The translations under genes were made by a program, and so were the position numbers. From a bacterium (GTDB lineage Bacteria > UBA8248): DNA of 64,000 bases. The notes under the pieces are model-generated. The model was not told the DNA's origin, searched no databases, and worked only from the letters and a program-made list of their open reading frames with translations. This document shows, one piece after another, positions 55,657-64,000 of the stretch (positions are counted from its first letter, which is position 1; each line of letters opens with the position of its first letter). The stretch lies in NCBI GenBank assembly GCA_965261085.1, contig OZ253442.1, positions 2,912,001 to 2,976,000 on the forward strand, written 5' to 3'.

Positions 55657-56582
55657 GCGAGGCTCGGGAACTCTTTGAGGCCCATCTGCGCGATGAGCGC
55701 GACAGTTCGGAACACACGGTTCGCGCATACGCGGCGGACCTGAAAGACTTCGATGAGTTTCTCACCGATTGGGCGCAACAGCCGGTTCCACTCGACGAAA
55801 TCGATTCCTTGGCCATTCGTGGCTATCTCGGCTTTCTGTACCGCAAGGGAGTATCTTCGACGACCGTGAACCGGCATTTGTCGAGCATACGCAGCCTCTT
55901 TCGTTTTTTAAGGCGAGAGGGACTCCCTTTGGCCGACCCGGCGGGGGAAGTGCCCTCCCCCAAAGAAAAAAGGCCCTTGCCGACCTTCCTGCCCGTCGAT
56001 GACGCGGTTCGCCTCATGGAGATGCCCGACACCTCGACCCCCGAAGGCGTCAGGGACAAAGCGATATTCGAGCTTCTTTACGGGTCCGGTTTGAGAGTAA
56101 GCGAATTAACAGGACTTAACTATGCTGATTTGGACATGGCGGAAAGACTCATCCGCGTTCGCGGAAAAGGAAGGAAAGAGAGAATCGTGCCCATCACCAA
56201 AGCGGCGGCCAAAGCCGTAGCCGGCCATCTTGCACATATGGAAATAACCCCGCTAGAGGATTCGCCTCTTTTCATCAACAAGCGGGAAAAGAGAATTTCT
56301 CCGGCCTTCGTGCGCTCCATCTTCCGCGCGTATGAAAAAAAAGGCGGTTTCAGCTATCATTTCACCCCTCATGCCCTTCGCCATTCGGCGGCGACGCATT
56401 TACTTGAGAGCCAGGAGGCCGACCTGAGATCGATTCAGGAACTTTTAGGGCACGCGAGCCTATCCACGACACAAAGATACACGCAGGTGGATTTTTCCCA
56501 CTTGCGCGCCGTGTATGACGATGCGCACCCCAGGGCAAAGATGAACACGCAAACGAGGATGACCGATGACGACGCCAGGTGA
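55623..56582 (+). CDS. xerC: Tyrosine recombinase XerC
   Basis: [26 protein letters not shown] and [13 protein letters not shown] motifs; trmFO-hslV context. Confidence 0.92.
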   Translation: MAKQTRLTNSLSEARELFEAHLRDERDSSEHTVRAYAADLKDFDEFLTDWAQQPVPLDEIDSLAIRGYLGFLYRKGVSSTTVNRHLSSIRSLFRFLRREGLPLADPAGEVPSPKEKRPLPTFLPVDDAVRLMEMPDTSTPEGVRDKAIFELLYGSGLRVSELTGLNYADLDMAERLIRVRGKGRKERIVPITKAAAKAVAGHLAHMEITPLEDSPLFINKREKRISPAFVRSIFRAYEKKGGFSYHFTPHALRHSAATHLLESQEADLRSIQELLGHASLSTTQRYTQVDFSHLRAVYDDAHPRAKMNTQTRMTDDDAR

Positions 56583-57114
56583 AATCATTCGCTCCACCAC
56601 GATTCTCGCGCTGCGGTATAAAGGACAAACAGCCCTGGGCGGAGACGGCCAAGTCACCATGGGAGACGCGGCTGTGAAACACGGGGCCGTGAAAATCCGC
56701 AGGCTCGGCAACGGAAAAGTGCTCGCCGGCTTTGCGGGTTCGGCTTCTGACGCCATCGCCCTGTTCGAGCGATTCGAGGGTAAACTCGAGGAATACCGGG
56801 GAAATCTCTCGCGCGCCGCCGTGGAGATGGGCAAGGACTGGAGAACGGACAGGGTCCTGCGCCGCCTCGAAGCCCTCCTGGCGGTGGCGAATGAGGAAAC
56901 CTCTCTCATTCTCTCGGGCACGGGCGACATCATCGAGCCTGATGACGGCGTACTCGGAATCGGCAGCGGGGGTTCGATGGCCATCGCCGCCGCGCGAGGC
57001 ATGCTGGGTCTGGAGCCCGAACTCGGCGCCGAAGAAATCGTACGAAAATCTCTGGAAATCGCAGCGGACATTTGCATCTACACCAACAAGAACATTTCAG
57101 TGGAAGTGCTTTGA
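56566..57114 (+). CDS. hslV: ATP-dependent protease subunit HslV
   Basis: [27 protein letters not shown] and GSGG motifs. Confidence 0.97.
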   Translation: MTTPGEIIRSTTILALRYKGQTALGGDGQVTMGDAAVKHGAVKIRRLGNGKVLAGFAGSASDAIALFERFEGKLEEYRGNLSRAAVEMGKDWRTDRVLRRLEALLAVANEETSLILSGTGDIIEPDDGVLGIGSGGSMAIAAARGMLGLEPELGAEEIVRKSLEIAADICIYTNKNISVEVL

Positions 57115-58472
57115 TGGAAAATCTCACACCCGTACGAATCGTCGAGGAACTCGACCGCTACGTCATCGGCCAACATGACGCCAAAAGAGCGGTGGCGATT
57201 GCGCTCAGAAACCGCTGGCGCAGACAACAACTGCCGCCCGAGATGGCGGATGACGTGGCGCCCAAGAACATCATCATGATAGGCCCCACCGGCGTAGGGA
57301 AGACCGAGATCGCAAGACGCCTGGCCAAGCTCACGAAAAGCCCCTTCATCAAGGTCGAGGCCAGCAAATTCACCGAGGTCGGCTATGTCGGCCGCGACGT
57401 GGAGAGCATGATTCGAGACCTCGTCGAACTGGCGCGAAACATCGTTCAGGAAGAACAGCGCGAGATAAACAAGGCCAAAGCCCAGGAGCTGGCGGAAGAG
57501 CGTCTCCTGGACATGCTTTTGCCGCATCCCCCCGGATTCGGCGCGATGGACGAACGCGGCCAATCCAAGGACCCGCTCGGCGAGGAAAGCTACCAGCGTA
57601 CGCGGGAAAAATTTCGCTCCCTGTTGTTCGAGGGCAAACTAGACGATCGGGAAGTGGATCTGGAAGTGGCGGACAAAGGCCCCGAAATTCACTTAATGGG
57701 CGGGAACGACCTGGAGCAAATGGGCATCAACATGAAGGAAATCATGGGAAACTTCATGCCCCAGGGCTCCAAGAGCAGGCGCATGAAGGTGCCGGAAGCC
57801 TTTGCATTCCTCGCCCAGGAGGAGGCGGACAAACTCATCGACCCCGACAGCCTGAACGCAGAGGCGATTGAACGCACCGAGCAATCCGGCATCGTGTTTC
57901 TCGATGAAATCGACAAGGTAGCCTCTCAAAACAACGGACGCGGCGGCCCCGACGTCTCGCGCGAAGGCGTGCAAAGAGACCTGCTTCCCATCGTGGAGGG
58001 CTCCACCGTACAGACCAAGTATGGGCCCGTGAAAACGGACCATGTCCTGTTCATTGCGGCGGGAGCGTTCCACATCGCCAAACCATCGGACCTTCTGCCC
58101 GAGTTGCAGGGTCGGTTCCCCATCCGCGTGGAATTGAACTCCCTGGACCGGGGTGATTTCATTCGCATACTCCAGGAGCCAGAGAACGCGCTGGTGCGGC
58201 AATACCCCGCTCTTCTGGCGACTGAGGGCGTTACCATTACTTTCGAGAAAGACGCCATCCTGGAAGTGGCCAATTTCGCCTTCCGCATCAATGAGCAGAC
58301 CGAGAACATCGGCGCCAGAAGGCTCCACACCATCATGGAGCGGCTCCTCGAGGATATTTCTTTCCGGGCGCCGGAGATGTCCGGGGAAAGCGTGAAGATC
58401 GACGCCGCCTATGTGCGCGAACGCCTTGCCGATATCGTCGAAGATATTGACTTAAGCCGTTATATTCTCTAA
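57114..58472 (+). CDS. hslU: ATP-dependent protease ATPase HslU
   Basis: [27 protein letters not shown] and ENIGARRL motifs. Confidence 0.98.
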   Translation: MENLTPVRIVEELDRYVIGQHDAKRAVAIALRNRWRRQQLPPEMADDVAPKNIIMIGPTGVGKTEIARRLAKLTKSPFIKVEASKFTEVGYVGRDVESMIRDLVELARNIVQEEQREINKAKAQELAEERLLDMLLPHPPGFGAMDERGQSKDPLGEESYQRTREKFRSLLFEGKLDDREVDLEVADKGPEIHLMGGNDLEQMGINMKEIMGNFMPQGSKSRRMKVPEAFAFLAQEEADKLIDPDSLNAEAIERTEQSGIVFLDEIDKVASQNNGRGGPDVSREGVQRDLLPIVEGSTVQTKYGPVKTDHVLFIAAGAFHIAKPSDLLPELQGRFPIRVELNSLDRGDFIRILQEPENALVRQYPALLATEGVTITFEKDAILEVANFAFRINEQTENIGARRLHTIMERLLEDISFRAPEMSGESVKIDAAYVRERLADIVEDIDLSRYIL

Positions 58473-58575
58473 ACCTTCTCTCCCTCCCCCTTGGCTCGAA
58501 ACCGCAGGGGAGTGTATATTTCTCGACTTGTGACGAGAAACCCGTACTTTTTTCTTTCTTTTTGAAGGTTTTCGC

Positions 58576-59451
58576 ATGGAAGCGAGAGACAGGGCGGCGA
58601 CACTGGTTGAGGCGCTGCCCTATATCCAACAGTTTACGGGCAAGACCATCGTCGTCAAATACGGCGGAGCCGCCCAGGTGCAGCCGGAGCTTCACGCCCC
58701 GTTCGCCCAGGATATCGTGCTTCTCAAGTATGTGGGAATCAACGTGGTCGTCGTCCACGGCGGCGGCCCCCAAATCGGCGAGACCCTCAAGAAAATCGGC
58801 AAGACCAGCGAGTTCATCGAAGGACTCCGGGTGACGGACGAGGAAACCGTCGGGGTGGTGGAAATGGTGCTTTCCGGCGCCACGAACAAGAGCATCGTGA
58901 GGCTCATCAACCGGCACGGGGGAAACGCCGTGGGCCTTTCCGGCTCGGACGCCGGCCTTACGACGGCGAAGAAATTGATCATGAGCAGAAAAGGACCGGA
59001 GGGAGAAGACGTGGAGTATGACTTGGGGCGCGTCGGCGAGGTCCTGGCCATACAACCCGACATCATCCACCACCTCACCGATGGCGGGTTCATTCCCGTC
59101 ATCGCTCCTCTGGGCGTGGGCCAAGACGGCAACGTCTACAACATCAACGCCGATTCGGCGGCCGGCGCCATCGCCGGGGCGCTTCACGCGGAAAAATTCA
59201 TTCTCCTGACAGACGTGCCCGGCATTCTGGATGAAAGCGAAAACCTCATCAGCACCGTGAAGCGCGATGAGGTGCAGCGACTCAAAGACGAGAAAATCGT
59301 CACCGGCGGGATGATTCCGAAAGTAGACGCGTGCCTGGACGCTCTCTCATCGAACGTCACGAAAACCCACATCGTGGACGGCAGGGTTCCTCACGCGGTT
59401 TTACTCGAAGTGTTCACGAAAGAAGGCGTGGGCACGCAAATCGTCAGATAG
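58576..59451 (+). CDS. argB: Acetylglutamate kinase
   Basis: VKYGG, VHGGGP, GLRVTD, NINAD and GGMIPK motifs. Confidence 0.97.
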   Translation: MEARDRAATLVEALPYIQQFTGKTIVVKYGGAAQVQPELHAPFAQDIVLLKYVGINVVVVHGGGPQIGETLKKIGKTSEFIEGLRVTDEETVGVVEMVLSGATNKSIVRLINRHGGNAVGLSGSDAGLTTAKKLIMSRKGPEGEDVEYDLGRVGEVLAIQPDIIHHLTDGGFIPVIAPLGVGQDGNVYNINADSAAGAIAGALHAEKFILLTDVPGILDESENLISTVKRDEVQRLKDEKIVTGGMIPKVDACLDALSSNVTKTHIVDGRVPHAVLLEVFTKEGVGTQIVR

Positions 59452-59470
59452 CTTCTTTTTGGGGAAAAGC

Positions 59471-60664
59471 ATGGACAATTCCACACTGATCTCGGACGCT
59501 GAACAACACGTCGCACCCACCTACGGGCGTTACCCCATCGCTTTGGTCCGTGGCGAGGGATGCCGTGTCTGGGATGCGGACGGAAAAGAATATCTCGATT
59601 TCGTATCCGGCCTGGCCGTCTGCAACCTCGGGCATTGCCATCCAGACGTGGTGGCCGCCATCAGGGAACAGGCCGGAAAGCTGATCCACGTCTCGAACCT
59701 CTACCATATCGAGCCCCAGATCGAGTTGGCGAAAAGGCTCAACCGGCTCTCTTTCGGTGATAAGGCGTTTTTCTGCAACAGCGGCACGGAAGCCGTCGAA
59801 GCGGCTCTCAAACTCGCCAGAAAGTATTCGTATAAAAAATACGGGGAAGGCCGCCACGAGATACTGAGTTTCGACATGAGCTTCCACGGCCGCACCATGG
59901 CGTCGCTCTCCGCCACGGGCCAGACGAAGTTTCACGGGGCGTTCAAGCCGCTGCTGCCCGGTTTTCGCTACGTGCCCTTCGGCGACGTGGAGTCCGTAGC
60001 CGCCGCGGTTTCGGAGCAAACCTGCGCCATCATGGTGGAACCCATACAGGGCGAAGGCGGCGTGAACGTGCCGCCCGAGGGCTATCTGAAGGGCCTGCGC
60101 GAGATTTGCGACGCGAACGACCTGCTCCTGTTATTTGATGAGGTGCAGGTCGGCCTCGGCAGAACGGGAAAACTCTGGGCGTATGAGCACGAGGGCGTGG
60201 CGCCCGACGCCATGAGCCTCGCAAAAGCTCTGGCGGGCGGGACCGCCATCGGCGCGCTGGTCGCCTCGGACAAGGCCATGGCGTTCGAGCCGGGCGATCA
60301 TGCGGCGACGTTCGGGGGCAACCCCCTGGCCACCGCCGCTGGGTGCGCCGCGATGGACGCCATCACCGCGCCCGGATTCCTCGAGCACGTGCAGGAGATG
60401 GGGGCATACGCCACCGCAAGACTCGAGGATTTGGCGACGCGACACGCCATTATCAAGGACATCAGGGGCAAGGGGCTGATCATCGGCTGCGAGGTGGACG
60501 TGGACGCAACCTCCATCGTCACGAAGGGGCTGGAAGCGGGCTTTTTGCTGAACGTGGCCGTCCAGAAGGTTATTCGGCTCATCCCTCCCCTGGTCGTGGA
60601 AAAAGAGATGATCGACAAGCTGATGAATTTTCTGGATGAAGCCCTCGCGGACCTGGTGAAATGA
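59471..60664 (+). CDS. argD: Acetylornithine aminotransferase
   Basis: NSGTEA.E, FHGRT, EPIQGEGG, DEVQ.G.GRTG and TFGGNP motifs. Confidence 0.95.
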   Translation: MDNSTLISDAEQHVAPTYGRYPIALVRGEGCRVWDADGKEYLDFVSGLAVCNLGHCHPDVVAAIREQAGKLIHVSNLYHIEPQIELAKRLNRLSFGDKAFFCNSGTEAVEAALKLARKYSYKKYGEGRHEILSFDMSFHGRTMASLSATGQTKFHGAFKPLLPGFRYVPFGDVESVAAAVSEQTCAIMVEPIQGEGGVNVPPEGYLKGLREICDANDLLLLFDEVQVGLGRTGKLWAYEHEGVAPDAMSLAKALAGGTAIGALVASDKAMAFEPGDHAATFGGNPLATAAGCAAMDAITAPGFLEHVQEMGAYATARLEDLATRHAIIKDIRGKGLIIGCEVDVDATSIVTKGLEAGFLLNVAVQKVIRLIPPLVVEKEMIDKLMNFLDEALADLVK

Positions 60665-61599
60665 ATAAGCTGGACTACCTCACCGGCGAGGAGCTGAGCG
60701 CCGCGCAAACCCTCGAACTCATCGAAGAGGCGCTCGTCCAGAAAAAAGAAACCGCCGAGGGGAAACTCCGCACCACCCTGGCGGGAAAGAACTTTGCGCT
60801 TCTTTTCGAAAAACACTCCACCAGAACGAGGGTTTCTTTCGAGGCGGGTCTCTCTCAATTGGGCGCGAACGCCATTTTCCTGGCGCCGAACGACACCCAG
60901 ATCGCCCGGGGGGAAACCCCCGCGGACAGCGCAAAGGTGCTGAGCGAATATGTGGACGGCATCATCGTCAGAACATACGCGCACGTACGCGTGGAGGAAA
61001 TCGCCGCGAATGCGAGCGTCCCCGTCATCAACGGGTTGACGGATTTACACCACCCCTGTCAGGCCCTCGCCGATTTTCTCACGATGCGAGAGCACTACGG
61101 CACGCTGGAGAACCTGAAGCTCGCTTACCTGGGTGATGGGAACAACGTGCTGCATTCATTGCTGATCGTGGGCGCGTTAATCGGTGTCGATATCAGCGCG
61201 GCGTGTCCGAAAGGGTACTGGCCGGACTCCAAAATTCTGGAGCAGGCTCAAAACTCGGCGCAAGAATCGAACGCGCAAATCAAGATTACCGAGGACGTGG
61301 AAGAGGCATGCGCTGGAGCCGACGCCGTTTATACGGACGTGTGGACTTCCATGGGCCAGGAAGAGGAGAACGAGCGTCGCCAGAAAGATCTGGCCCCATA
61401 TCAGGTGAACGAAGAAGTCTTTCGAAATGCGAATAAAGACGCCGTTTTCATGCACTGCCTCCCCGCGCACAGGGGGGAAGAAGTGACGGCGGATGTTATG
61501 GACGGTCCGAGGAGCGTCGTTTTCACGCAGACAGGGAATCGACTCCACGCTCAGAAGATTCTCCTTCAAATTCTAGCCGGAGGAAGTGATGGCGCATAA
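60661..61599 (+). CDS. argF: Ornithine carbamoyltransferase
   Basis: STRTR, HPCQ, DVWTSMG and HCLPAHRG motifs. Confidence 0.97.
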   Translation: MNKLDYLTGEELSAAQTLELIEEALVQKKETAEGKLRTTLAGKNFALLFEKHSTRTRVSFEAGLSQLGANAIFLAPNDTQIARGETPADSAKVLSEYVDGIIVRTYAHVRVEEIAANASVPVINGLTDLHHPCQALADFLTMREHYGTLENLKLAYLGDGNNVLHSLLIVGALIGVDISAACPKGYWPDSKILEQAQNSAQESNAQIKITEDVEEACAGADAVYTDVWTSMGQEEENERRQKDLAPYQVNEEVFRNANKDAVFMHCLPAHRGEEVTADVMDGPRSVVFTQTGNRLHAQKILLQILAGGSDGA

Positions 61600-62803
61600 G
61601 CCGAGCAGGGTCGTCCTCGCCTACTCAGGGGGCTTGGACACCTCAGTCATGCTCAAGTGGATTAAAGAACAATATGAGTGCCCCGTCGTGGCCTATGCGG
61701 CGGACGTCGGCCAGGGCGCCGGCGAACTCGACGGTTTGGAGGAAAAGGCGTTGGCCACGGGCGCCGAGTCCTGCCACATCCTGGATTTAAGAGAAGAATT
61801 CGCGCGCGATTACATCTTCCCCATGCTTCGCGCGGGCGCAGTTTATGAAGGCGCGTATCTGCTGGGGACGTCCATCGCCCGGCCCCTCATCGCGAAGGGC
61901 CACATGGACGTGCTCAAAAAAACGGGGGGCGACGCCGTCGCCCACGGCGCGACAGGCAAGGGAAACGACCAGGTGCGCTTCGAATTGACCTACGCTTCGA
62001 TCGACCCGGACGTCACCATCATCGCGCCCTGGCGCGACTGGGATTTCGGGGGGCGCTCCCATCTCATCGCCTATGCCGAAAGACACGGCATACCGATACC
62101 CGTCACGGCGGAAAAACCCTATTCGATGGACAGGAACCTCCTGCACATCAGCTTCGAGGGCGGCGTTCTGGAAGACCCCTGGGCGGAGCCGCCTGCGGAT
62201 ATGTACGTCTTGAGCGTATCGCCCGAAAAAGCGCCCGATATACCCGAATACGTCGAAATCGAATTCGAGGAGGGCGATCCCGTGGCCCTGAACGGGGAAC
62301 CCCTATCACCGGTCGCCATGATGGAGCAACTAAACGCCCTGGCGGGCGCGCATGGCGTAGGCCGGGTGGATCTGGTGGAAAACCGCTTCGTGGGCATGAA
62401 GAGCAGAGGGGTGTACGAGACGCCCGCGGGCACGGTTCTGCACGCGGCGCGCCGTGCCGTGGAATCCCTCACGATGGACAGGGAAGTCATGCAACTGCGC
62501 GATTCCTTGATCCCTAAATACGCGCAACTCGTCTACAACGGTTTCTGGTTCGCGCCCGAGCGGGAATTTTTACAATCAGCCATCGATCACGCGGCGGAAT
62601 CGGTCTGCGGCTCCGCCAGGGTGAAACTCTACAAAGGCGCTTGCAGCGTCGTGGGAAGAAAAGCGCCCGAAAACATGACCCTCTACCGTCCCGACCTCGC
62701 CACCTTCGAGGAAGATGAGGTATATTCCCAAAAAGACGCCGAAGGATTCATCCGCCTGAACGCTTTAAGGCTGCGGGTGAGAGCTCAACGCGATTCTGAA
62801 TGA
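61589..62803 (+). CDS. argG: Argininosuccinate synthase
   Basis: [23 protein letters not shown] and KSRGVYETP motifs. Confidence 0.98.
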   Translation: MAHKPSRVVLAYSGGLDTSVMLKWIKEQYECPVVAYAADVGQGAGELDGLEEKALATGAESCHILDLREEFARDYIFPMLRAGAVYEGAYLLGTSIARPLIAKGHMDVLKKTGGDAVAHGATGKGNDQVRFELTYASIDPDVTIIAPWRDWDFGGRSHLIAYAERHGIPIPVTAEKPYSMDRNLLHISFEGGVLEDPWAEPPADMYVLSVSPEKAPDIPEYVEIEFEEGDPVALNGEPLSPVAMMEQLNALAGAHGVGRVDLVENRFVGMKSRGVYETPAGTVLHAARRAVESLTMDREVMQLRDSLIPKYAQLVYNGFWFAPEREFLQSAIDHAAESVCGSARVKLYKGACSVVGRKAPENMTLYRPDLATFEEDEVYSQKDAEGFIRLNALRLRVRAQRDSE

Positions 62804-62917
62804 GATTTACGGAAGTCACGCCATAAATCGGCAGGAAATCTTCTCTGAATCAGGATTCTACAACGAAAATTTCACGAGTCGGGCGATGATGAACAACTGT
62901 CCTCTTCCCGGATATTG

Positions 62918-63847
62918 TCAGGCTTTGGCCGTGGAGCTTTTCTTGCTTCTGGAGCCGCCCCTTGTCGTCTCGGGCCACGCCAGCAGAATGGGACTCGCCA
63001 CGTAGATGGAAGAATACGTACCGGCCACGATGCCGATCACCAGAGCGAACGCCACGTCTGAGATCACGTCGCCCCCCAGGAAGAGGAACGCCAGCACGGC
63101 GGCCAGCGTGGTCCCGGAAGTGATCAACGTGCGGGAGAGGGTCTGGTTGATGGATTTGTTGACGAGCCCTGAAAGCTCGGCGCGTCTCGAAGCCCGCGTA
63201 TTTTCCCGGATGCGGTCGAACACGACGATGGTGTCGTTCAGCGAATAGCCGATAATCGTCAAAACGGCCGCTACGATGGGGAGTGAGAACTCCTTGCCGG
63301 ACAAGGAAAATACGCCGAGCGTGATGACGACGTCGTGCAAAAGCGCCACGACCGAGGCAATCGCCTGGCGAAACTGAAACCGGAGGCTGATGTAAATCAG
63401 GATTCCGATGAGGGCGAAGAGCATGCTGCTCAGCGCCTTCTGTCGCAAGTCCGCGCCTACTTTGGGGCCCACCATCTCGGTTCGCCGCATTTCGAACGCA
63501 TCTTTACCGAATTTTTTCAAGAGTGCGATTTTCACCAGAGATTCGACGCCCTTGATGTTGCCCGAGCTTTTCTCGACACGAATCAGGAACTCTCTGTCGG
63601 AGCCGAAATTCTGGATGACCGTATCGCCCAAAGAAAGTCCCCCGACGGCGCTGCGAATATCGCCAATCGGCTTGGCTTCTTTGAACTGCACCTGAACCAA
63701 TGTTCCGCCGGTGAAATCAATACCGTAATTTATCCCCTTGGTCATAAGAAGGAGGAGGGACAGAACGACGACCACAGCGGAGATGCCGACGAAGAGCTTG
63801 GTTTTGCCGATGATGTCGAATGATGAGTCTGGCCGGATAATTTCCAT
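62918..63847 (-). CDS. secF: Protein translocase subunit SecF
   Basis: GIDFTGG, GYSLNDTIVVFDRIRE and GTYSSI motifs. Confidence 0.97.
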   Translation of the reverse strand: MEIIRPDSSFDIIGKTKLFVGISAVVVVLSLLLLMTKGINYGIDFTGGTLVQVQFKEAKPIGDIRSAVGGLSLGDTVIQNFGSDREFLIRVEKSSGNIKGVESLVKIALLKKFGKDAFEMRRTEMVGPKVGADLRQKALSSMLFALIGILIYISLRFQFRQAIASVVALLHDVVITLGVFSLSGKEFSLPIVAAVLTIIGYSLNDTIVVFDRIRENTRASRRAELSGLVNKSINQTLSRTLITSGTTLAAVLAFLFLGGDVISDVAFALVIGIVAGTYSSIYVASPILLAWPETTRGGSRSKKSSTAKA

Positions 63848-64000
63848 TAGATGCTCAAACTCCTCACGTCGGTCCGGGACAAGAAGAAATCATAAACAAA
63901 TCGGGTGACGAAAATCGCGGTGAACATGCTCGCCACGATGCCGATGCTGAGGGTGACGGCGAATCCCTTGATGGGTCCCGTTCCGAATTGCAGGAGCACC
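63847..64000 (-). CDS. secD: Protein translocase subunit SecD (3' end only)
   Basis: [29 protein letters not shown]...LSI*; stop overlaps the secF start. Confidence 0.93.
   Translation of the reverse strand, partial: VLLQFGTGPIKGFAVTLSIGIVASMFTAIFVTRFVYDFFLSRTDVRSLSI

Noticed and set aside
55623-56582. Tyrosine recombinase as sign of a prophage or island
   Set aside because: It sits in the standard trmFO-xerC-hslVU housekeeping context.
56566-56600. N-terminal extension before the catalytic Thr of HslV
   Set aside because: Short propeptides are well known in HslV proteins.

Overview
A 64-kb window of a GC-rich bacterial chromosome. The gene order dprA-topA-trmFO-xerC-hslVU-argBDFG, together with mreBCD-mrdA-rodA-radical SAM-rng, suggests a Nitrospinota/Desulfobacterota/Nitrospirota-like lineage (inference only). 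The right half (35.5-64 kb) is ordinary housekeeping, apart from one inverted sulfatase. The left half is accessory and metabolic: a TAXI-TRAP transporter, an AT-rich orphan with an ADP-ribosyltransferase-like signature, several PLP enzymes around a polar amino-acid ABC transporter, a DNA-repair-type radical SAM gene, tRNA-Glu(CTC), a small island and a sulfur-relay cysteine operon. Four observations stand out. (1) The cys operon encodes two complementarily degenerate ThiF/MoeB proteins: one has only the RYSR arginine finger, the other has the ATP loop, catalytic Cys and Zn site but no finger. This looks like a heterodimeric, eukaryote-style (inactive + active adenylation domain) E1, and it sits beside a ubiquitin-like carrier with a GG-LY pro-tail and a JAMM protease. 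(2) A hidden AhpD/CMD-type selenoprotein (CxxU, in-frame TGA followed by a SECIS-like hairpin) is split in the ORF track and also carries a -1 frameshift. (3) An island holds an integrase remnant, a 284-bp MITE-like element with C6/G6 hairpin repeats, tandem duplicated sigma70 promoters and a ~250-nt structured leader that sequesters the RBS of a metzincin/TbpB-like surface lipoprotein. (4) A ~125-bp duplicated bidirectional promoter flanks an inserted gene for a secreted double-ABM protein. All calls come from reading motifs by eye; no searches were run.
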